This document shows positions 57,602-64,000 of a stretch of DNA of 64,000 bases, in pieces. Source of the DNA: a virus (lineage: Duplodnaviria; Caudoviricetes); IMG/VR virus record IMGVR_UViG_3300033067_001119, positions 10,453 through 74,452 of that record. The stretch is one strand, 5' to 3'. Position 1 is the stretch's first letter, and every line of letters starts with the position of its first letter. Position numbers and translations under genes: made by a program. Below the pieces are notes generated by a model. That model was not told the origin of the DNA. It made no database searches and was given only the letters and a program-made list of their open reading frames with translations.

Positions 57602-60600
57602 TCAGTCCTGCGCCGGGGGATCGAGGTTCTTCAAGGTATGGATCAGCTTCTGTCGCTCAGAAGTCTGCCATGCGTCAAGGTTGCGGTGGCCCTGCTCGAC
57701 GTCGCCCCAGCGATCAACGATGTCCTCCGGGCTCACCACAAACTCACCGTCCGCGGCATAGATCGGTACCGCGTCGCCTGCGATCTCGCGCATGCGGGAC
57801 GGCTTGCTCTTGGGGAACATCGCCGAGAGCTTCTTCATCCCGGCCTCGGTGTTGCCCTCGCCCATGCCGCTGACGTGGTCGGCGGTGAGCACGTAGGAGC
57901 CGTTCGGCACCTTCATCGGCCGCTTGTCTGCCCGGCCTCCGGTCGCACCGGTGATGGGACCGACATGTACCTTGCCGCCCTTCGCCCGCTTGATCTGGCG
58001 CGCGACGTTCATTGCCGAATCAACCACCGCCCCACCCCTCAAGAATGCCCCGGCCTTACCTGACAGCACGAGATCGCGCGCCTGCTCTGGCGAAATTCGC
58101 AGGCGGCGCGAGGCCTCCATGATCTGCTGCGTCAGGATTTCCAGCTTAGGAGCGCCGAGCGCGCTTTCTACACCTGTTTGCGGCCCAAGTGCAGTCCACA
58201 GCCTCGCTTGCGCTGGGACGCGCTGCTCACTGACGCCGCCGCCCTCGGCATACTTGCGGTGGATGCGCAGCTTGCTGTCGTCGAACACGACGTAGTTGTG
58301 GGTGCTCTTGGGAGGGACGCGCCCGTAGGTCGTGCGAGACCCGGCATCGAGGTAGCGCATCGCGGGGATGCCCAGTTCGCGGAGATGCTTGCTGGCATTT
58401 ACCGCCATCTCACGCTCATCCTTTGGCGGCTGACCGGTGAGCTTCTTACTCTCGTCGAAGCCGACGTGCTTATAGATTTGTTTGCCCTCGAATGGGTGGT
58501 GCCCCATCGTCTGCAGCATCAGCAGCTTGCCTTCCAGAGCCTGCCGCTCGCTCTCACGAAACCTGCGGAAGTATCGCGACGCTGGGTCTCCCCGGCCACC
58601 CTTATCCAACTGCTTTTCAATAGCCTCGATCTGACTCTTGACGCCCTCCTCCAGCCCCGGCCCGACACGCTCCTGCACGTATCCGCTCTGCTTATGGAAC
58701 GGGTTGTCGTAGTCGAGCAGGTGCGCAGGATCAGCCTCCAGACCCTGCTTGTACATGAAGCCTTTGGCGCGCTTCTCGTCGTTCAGGTAGGCGATGCGGC
58801 GGTCGTATTCCTTGATCAGGTTCTCGGAGGCCTTGTCGAAGGGGCCGTTCTTGATCAGGTGGTCGCGCATCCTGCCGTATTCGAACGCCAGCTTCGCTGC
58901 GTCACCACCGGCGTCTGCAAGGTGCGAGCCGAGGACGTGGCTCTGCTCGCGCAGGCCGTACTTCCGCAGCAGCGGGTCCTGCATCACAGACAGCGCGATC
59001 CGGTAGCGCTCGGCAACCGGCTCATGACCCGCCGTGTAGAGACCGTGCCCGTAGGCTTGGTTGCCCTCGCCCTTACCGACCGCGCTCAGGCTGGGCTTGT
59101 TGTAGTCGTGCGGGCTTCCGGTGTAGACATCAATCGGAGCCTTGCCGCGGTCGTACATCGTCCAGTCTGGCATAAGGCCAACCTTCTGGTCCGCGTAGAT
59201 TGTATCTACTCCAGAGGCATTCCTGTTTTTTTCGCCATGGGGTCCATAGTTGACCCACGAGTTCTGGCCGCGCGTCTCGCTGGTCATCGCCGGGCGCGCT
59301 ATGTCCGAGTACATCGCCGAGTGACTGCGCCATGCGTTGTCCTCCCCTGCCGCCCGGAAGCCATGACCATGCTGGAGGTGGCCGAAGTAGTCGTGAACCA
59401 CCCGAAACATGTCGTTGGCGAGCATCTCGTGATCGCCTATCTTCTCGCCCATTGGCCGCAGCAACGGATTGTCGCTGATCTTGCTCAGCGTCCCGTGGCC
59501 GGAGGATGTGGGGAAGAACCACAGATGATTGTTTTCAGCGACGTCATGCGCCGCCAGACGGGGGTTCTTCGCGTACGGGTCTGGCATGCCCGCAGGGATT
59601 GGCTCGATTTTAAGGCCCGTCGATTTGATCGCTTCGTACTGCGCCTTCGTCTCGTTTATCATCGCCTCGTAGGCGTTCTTCACGGCCGGGCTGTCCGGCT
59701 CGTGCTTCATTTCCTCGTAGGCCTGAGCGATGGACTTCGAATGCTCGGGATCAACCGGTCGAAACTCTGTGGGTGGAGCGTACTCGACCTCGGGCCGATG
59801 GGCCCGCATGTAGGCTTCGGCGACGTCGTGGATTTTGCCGATGGGACCGGGCTGGAGGTAACCGTGCCCCTCGATGTACTGAGGCTTGACCGGGAGGCCC
59901 TCTATCGGCTTGCGCTCTCCGGCCCACCGCGCTGCCGCTCGCGCCGCTTCTTCCAAGCTCGCTCCTCGTCCAGCTGATCCTCCCAGTCCTCCAGAGACAT
60001 CTCCGGCGGCTTGCGGCGCAGGTCCTCCTCCGAGTACCTCAGAACCAGCCTCTTGGATTGGTCGTTCATGGACAAGCTCCCTTGGGGTCTCCGCTATAGC
60101 CGGGGCTTCCGGCGCTTTCATGGCGCGCCTGCCGGGGCGAACCGGCCCGGACCCCATGGCACCGCGTGGCGCGCCCACCAGAGGGCCTCCCATCGTGCCT
60201 ATGGCAGTCATCAGGCCCTGCCCGGCGGCCTCCTCCATGGCCTCCCCAGCCTCGGGAGAGCGGTCTCCGGGAAGGGGCATCCGCTTGGCGGCTTCGACGA
60301 TGTCGCGCGGCTGGTCCCACAGCATGGCCTTGGGCATTCCGGCGACGCTCTGGATGGTCGCCCGCGCCAGCTTGTTCGGGTAGGCCTCGGACTCGGTGCG
60401 CTCCGGGTCCTCGATGCCGACAGGCGCGCCCATCGGGTCGAACACCTGACCGCCATCAGCAAAGCCAAATCGCAGCCCGGCCTTGACGCCGTAACCGCGT
60501 GACAGCGGAGAGACGTGCCCACCGACAAAAGCGGGTCCAGCGCTGACCTCTACGTTATGCCGGTATGGCTCCTCATAGTAAGAGCCGCGAACTGGGAGGG

Positions 60601-60739
60601 ATGGAGACGGCGGCTCCGGCGGTGGCTTCGTGATAGGCAGCAGCGGGTGCTGCGCCACCTGACCGCCCTCCGCACGCTTCCGCCGCCGCAGCTCGCGGGC
60701 AATGCGGAGAGCTGGAATGCTGGAGGAGTTGATCGGCAT
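57602..60739 (-). CDS. multi-domain ejection/polyvalent protein
   Basis: Domains separated by A-x-G-G motifs; HDYFGH domain; TGSPH...IG-type GKGEGNQAYGHGLY ART-like domain; C-terminal GP...GG..D...GSYV...GEFVV domain. Confidence 0.7.
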   Translation of the reverse strand: MPINSSSIPALRIARELRRRKRAEGGQVAQHPLLPITKPPPEPPSPSLPVRGSYYEEPYRHNVEVSAGPAFVGGHVSPLSRGYGVKAGLRFGFADGGQVFDPMGAPVGIEDPERTESEAYPNKLARATIQSVAGMPKAMLWDQPRDIVEAAKRMPLPGDRSPEAGEAMEEAAGQGLMTAIGTMGGPLVGAPRGAMGSGPVRPGRRAMKAPEAPAIAETPRELVHERPIQEAGSEVLGGGPAPQAAGDVSGGLGGSAGRGASLEEAARAAARWAGERKPIEGLPVKPQYIEGHGYLQPGPIGKIHDVAEAYMRAHRPEVEYAPPTEFRPVDPEHSKSIAQAYEEMKHEPDSPAVKNAYEAMINETKAQYEAIKSTGLKIEPIPAGMPDPYAKNPRLAAHDVAENNHLWFFPTSSGHGTLSKISDNPLLRPMGEKIGDHEMLANDMFRVVHDYFGHLQHGHGFRAAGEDNAWRSHSAMYSDIARPAMTSETRGQNSWVNYGPHGEKNRNASGVDTIYADQKVGLMPDWTMYDRGKAPIDVYTGSPHDYNKPSLSAVGKGEGNQAYGHGLYTAGHEPVAERYRIALSVMQDPLLRKYGLREQSHVLGSHLADAGGDAAKLAFEYGRMRDHLIKNGPFDKASENLIKEYDRRIAYLNDEKRAKGFMYKQGLEADPAHLLDYDNPFHKQSGYVQERVGPGLEEGVKSQIEAIEKQLDKGGRGDPASRYFRRFRESERQALEGKLLMLQTMGHHPFEGKQIYKHVGFDESKKLTGQPPKDEREMAVNASKHLRELGIPAMRYLDAGSRTTYGRVPPKSTHNYVVFDDSKLRIHRKYAEGGGVSEQRVPAQARLWTALGPQTGVESALGAPKLEILTQQIMEASRRLRISPEQARDLVLSGKAGAFLRGGAVVDSAMNVARQIKRAKGGKVHVGPITGATGGRADKRPMKVPNGSYVLTADHVSGMGEGNTEAGMKKLSAMFPKSKPSRMREIAGDAVPIYAADGEFVVSPEDIVDRWGDVEQGHRNLDAWQTSERQKLIHTLKNLDPPAQD

Positions 60740-60772
60740 CAGATATACTTCCACCCATTAGTCGAGGAGCAA

Positions 60773-61444
60773 ATGGATAAACCGAGCAAAAAGACACTGG
60801 AGCGGTTGTACTTCAGGGAGAGAAAGTCCCCAGAAAAGATCGGCCTGATTTACGGCAAGCATGGTCGCACCGTTCGCGACTGGATGTATGGCTATGGGAT
60901 TAAACTGCTCGGTCCAACTCATCTCACCACCGGCAAACCAGCACCTTGGAACAAGGTCAAATCGGAGCGCGAACAACTAAGATTCCGCACAGTGAACATT
61001 GGCAGGATACCCCACAACAAGGGGAAGGGGAATATCTCCTTCAGATGCAAGGCATGTGGGGTGGAAGTCATCGACAAACCGTACCGCAGGAAACTGACCT
61101 GCTCAAAGGCCTGTCGAGACAGAATGATGACCGAGGCCCGAGGGGAGAACCACTGGAATTACAAAGATGGAGGGATTGCCAGCATTCAGCGGGAGCGAAT
61201 GTGGGCCAAAACGACAGAGTGGAGAAAGAAGGTTTTAGAGCGGGATGGATTTAAGTGCGCGAGGTGTTCGGCCACCAAACGCCTTGTGGCTCATCACCTT
61301 GATGGCTGGGCCAAACATCCAGAATTGCGCCACGACCCCGATAACGGAGTTACCCTGTGCCATGATTGCCATTGGTCATTCCACCGGGCCTCATCTCATA
61401 AAGCCGCAACGAGAGCCATGTTCGAGAGATGGATCAGAATGTAG
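60773..61444 (+). CDS. HNH endonuclease inserted antisense in the virion operon
   Basis: ATG 60773 after GAGGAG; CARC...AHH...DNGVTLCHDCH; low GC. Confidence 0.85.
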   Translation: MDKPSKKTLERLYFRERKSPEKIGLIYGKHGRTVRDWMYGYGIKLLGPTHLTTGKPAPWNKVKSEREQLRFRTVNIGRIPHNKGKGNISFRCKACGVEVIDKPYRRKLTCSKACRDRMMTEARGENHWNYKDGGIASIQRERMWAKTTEWRKKVLERDGFKCARCSATKRLVAHHLDGWAKHPELRHDPDNGVTLCHDCHWSFHRASSHKAATRAMFERWIRM

Positions 61445-61658
61445 CTAGAGCCACTCTCACCCAGACATTGGCCTGCACACAAACGTACAAATGAGTGGCG
61501 TCATAGGCAATCATGCCAGCCGTTCCTGCGGATGCAGCTGTCGCGGGCGCAGGCTGCCAGTTGACGATGCCGTTCTTCAGCGCCTGATAGATCAGGCCGA
61601 GGTTCTTGACGCCCTCGATCTGCGTGGAATTTAGGGTATCGAGATCGGCGGAGGCCAT
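61434..61658 (-). CDS. small virion protein
   Basis: 74 aa coupled to the tail hub gene. Confidence 0.55.
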   Translation of the reverse strand: MASADLDTLNSTQIEGVKNLGLIYQALKNGIVNWQPAPATAASAGTAGMIAYDATHLYVCVQANVWVRVALATF

Positions 61659-63718
61659 CAGCGTCTCCCTGCTTCACCGTAGCGGAAGCGAATATGGCCG
61701 AGGCGCGAGAAGGTGCCAAGGTCAGAGCCCGACACTGTAACGCTCATCAGGCCGCCGCGCATGCGGGTCGAGATGTACTGCTGGCCCTGCAGGAAGGTGT
61801 AGCTGTACGTCTGCGGGGTGTCGCCGGGGAAGTTGACGATGTTGAACGTCAGCTGGATTTGCGCGTTCTGCGACTGGCCGTACTCGCCAAAGATGAAGTC
61901 CGGCCTGATCTGGTCGATGACCGGATAGACCTCACCCTCGGCCAGCTTGAAGTAGCCGGTGGTGTAGGTCCACATCAGCGGCGCATTGTCGGCGTCGTTG
62001 CCGGTCTCCTGCTGATAGATGATGCCGCCCGATGTTGCCGCTATCGGAGCCCCGAAGACGTTCTGGTCGATCCACGCCGAGCGCGGCATCGCGCCAGAGG
62101 TGAACGTCGCCCACGGCTGGCCGGGCTCGGTGATGTTCATGATGACGGCGCAATCGCACTCGCCGTTGACGCTCGCGGTCGACGGGAACTGCCATCCCAC
62201 CTCGTTAAAGGCGGTGTTCGGCATCGCGCGGACATTGTCGATGTAGTCCATGTTCAGGTTCTGGAAAACGAAATCCCAGACCGGGCACGGCATCACCTCG
62301 ACGCCAGCTCCGGCGTAGCGGTAGAAGTTGGACGTCCCCATCCAGTAGACGCCGCCACGCAGCTGCTGCACGGCATGCTTGCTTGCAGCTCCAGCCCCAG
62401 CGCCAATCCGGTTGAAGCCGTAGACGTTGGGGAAGCCGATGAAGTTCATGATCCACAGGTCGAGGTCGGTCCAGATCAGGTTCTGGTTCGACACCGCCAT
62501 GCCAGCCACGATCTTGGAGCCCAGCGGGATACGGAAGTTGCGCGCGAGGTTGGTGTCGCTCGGCGTCCAGTCGAAGAAGTTGCCGCTGTCGCTCCACTGC
62601 ACCAAGAGCGGGTCCTGAACGATGCCGATCTGCTCCGGGATGGTGGAGCCGTAGGCGATCAGGATTTGCGCCGACGTCGAGACGAACATGCCAGAGTTGT
62701 AGGCGGGGCCCGTCGAGATCAGGGTCATGGTCGCAAAGCCGCCGGTCGGCTGCCAGTAGTAGATGCCGCCGTCCTCCGGGCATGCCAGCAGGATTTCGCC
62801 CCAGTTATCCGTAGTCCAGTCCGTGGCCGTGATCGGCGTGCCGCTCTGCGAGCCGGGCACGACGCCGGTGCCGTAGCCGCCAGCTCCATATGCGCCGAGC
62901 CCGTAGCCTGTGCCGACTGCGGTCGGACCCTGCGAGATGTAGTAGACGATTTCGGCGTTGCCGCCGTTCATGCTGAAGGTGGAGCCAGCGTTCGCCTGCG
63001 AGCCAGCCAAGATGGTGAAGGTGTTGGCGGTCGGCACCGTCAGGGCGTCATAAAGCCCATCGATGGTTACGCCATTGCCAGTCGTGGAGAGGGGGAAGAC
63101 AATGCCGTCGCCAACAGCCATCCCGTGCGCAGTGAAGTTCACCGTCACCGTCGCGCTGCCGTTGGTCGTAGTGAAGGTCGGCACCGCGCCACCATTGGTG
63201 ACGTTGGCGGTCGCATCCGTAGCAGCGCGGATTTTATACTTGGTGGTGCCGGTGATCACCTCAATCGGGTAGAGGCCCGACAGGATGACACCACCCACCG
63301 CAATGGGCGTATTGAACAGGACGCTGTCGAAGACGGTGACGTTGGAGATGTTGGCGTCATCCACCTCCACCAGAGGATCGCCGATGGCGGTGGTGAACTT
63401 TGGCGCGAAGTCAGACGTCAGGGTCTGCGGCGTCAGCGCCTGAATTGTCCGCGTTGCAGGAGTGCTGCCCTCGATGACTGCCAGCTGCGTGGTGGTTGCC
63501 ACTGCAAGACGGTCGACCTTGTTGAGGTCCTGCCACGCATGCAGGTCGCGCGGCACGCCAGCGACGGCCAGAAGATAGAACTTGGTCCATCCGCCATACT
63601 TCTGCGCCAGACCATCACGGAACCGGGTCAGCGACGACGAGGAGTACCCCGCCTCCAGCAGCAGCTGGGTGCGCTCGACATTGATCCCGGGGATTAGCTT
63701 TACGCCTGCAAAGGGCAT
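61658..63718 (-). CDS. tail hub/nozzle protein (P22 gp10-like DNA stabilisation protein)
   Basis: 686 aa; VKLIPGIN...RFRDGLAQKYGGW, VQWSDSGNF.DW.P...NLA, beta-propeller-like; podoviral position. Confidence 0.75.
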   Translation of the reverse strand: MPFAGVKLIPGINVERTQLLLEAGYSSSSLTRFRDGLAQKYGGWTKFYLLAVAGVPRDLHAWQDLNKVDRLAVATTTQLAVIEGSTPATRTIQALTPQTLTSDFAPKFTTAIGDPLVEVDDANISNVTVFDSVLFNTPIAVGGVILSGLYPIEVITGTTKYKIRAATDATANVTNGGAVPTFTTTNGSATVTVNFTAHGMAVGDGIVFPLSTTGNGVTIDGLYDALTVPTANTFTILAGSQANAGSTFSMNGGNAEIVYYISQGPTAVGTGYGLGAYGAGGYGTGVVPGSQSGTPITATDWTTDNWGEILLACPEDGGIYYWQPTGGFATMTLISTGPAYNSGMFVSTSAQILIAYGSTIPEQIGIVQDPLLVQWSDSGNFFDWTPSDTNLARNFRIPLGSKIVAGMAVSNQNLIWTDLDLWIMNFIGFPNVYGFNRIGAGAGAASKHAVQQLRGGVYWMGTSNFYRYAGAGVEVMPCPVWDFVFQNLNMDYIDNVRAMPNTAFNEVGWQFPSTASVNGECDCAVIMNITEPGQPWATFTSGAMPRSAWIDQNVFGAPIAATSGGIIYQQETGNDADNAPLMWTYTTGYFKLAEGEVYPVIDQIRPDFIFGEYGQSQNAQIQLTFNIVNFPGDTPQTYSYTFLQGQQYISTRMRGGLMSVTVSGSDLGTFSRLGHIRFRYGEAGRR

Positions 63719-63729
63719 CGATCTCCCTC

Positions 63730-64000
63730 TCAGGTCTTGATTACGTCAATGCCCGTGACGAGGGAAGGCTGGACGTTGTTGTGGGCTTGACCGCCACCCG
63801 CCGCGACGTTGGTGATGGCAACACCAGTGGTGGCTGCGACGTTCTGGAGCGAGTCGACGCCGTACTGGGCCGCGGTACTTATAACAGCAACGCCCCCGAT
63901 ATTTGCGGAGAACCCCGACCTCCCAAAGCCGTGAGTGTGCCCCGGATCAGCCAGAGTGTTTGCGTGCGTGTGCGCCGCGAGCTGAGCGGTGGTCAGGGGG
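63730..64000 (-). CDS. tail collar/short fibre protein, C-terminal part (truncated by window edge)
   Basis: Hand translation LTTAQLAAHTH...DPGHTH...GGGQAHNNVQPS...IKT*. Confidence 0.75.
   Translation of the reverse strand, partial: PLTTAQLAAHTHANTLADPGHTHGFGRSGFSANIGGVAVISTAAQYGVDSLQNVAATTGVAITNVAAGGGQAHNNVQPSLVTGIDVIKT

Noticed and set aside
58025-58050. LRGG as a ubiquitin-like C-terminus
   Set aside because: It is internal, no beta-grasp domain or E1/E2/JAB genes are seen, and it is better explained as a variant of the A-x-G-G motif.

Overview
This window looks like most of the genome of a GC-rich tailed dsDNA phage with a podovirus-like gene set: terminase, P22-type portal, scaffold, capsid, gp10-like tail hub and three large ejection/internal proteins. 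I see no tape measure, tail tube, integrase, DNA polymerase or RNA polymerase. It is cut inside the major capsid gene at position 1 and inside a tail-collar/fibre gene at 64000, so the two ends probably join through a short missing head-tail segment. The host is probably an alphaproteobacterium: tRNA-His lacks G-1 and has U72/A73, and there are CtrA-type and GapR-like proteins. Layout: 1-24.7 kb minus-strand packaging/head/modification genes, with an intein in terL; 25-35.7 kb minus-strand small accessory and replication genes; 35.7-43.1 kb plus-strand recombination operon; 43.1-47.5 kb minus-strand array of 36 CCA-encoding tRNAs covering all 20 amino acids plus several atypical tRNA-like RNAs; 48-50 kb lysis; 50-64 kb ejection and tail genes. 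The strongest leads are: (1) an apparently circularly permuted tRNA-like gene at 47270-47350; (2) a recurring [R/Y/F]-A-x-G-G-x-V motif at domain boundaries of five virion proteins, suggesting GG-directed polyprotein processing; (3) systematic remodelling of the tRNAs (C33, short-arm Leu, non-canonical T-loops); (4) a novel ~38-aa repeat protein beside glycosyl- and methyltransferases; (5) a four-copy promoter-plus-hairpin element and a candidate antisense RNA upstream of the replication initiator. All family assignments come from motif recognition by eye; no database searches or folding programs were run. Many starts were moved from the ORF track to the likely RBS-preceded codon.
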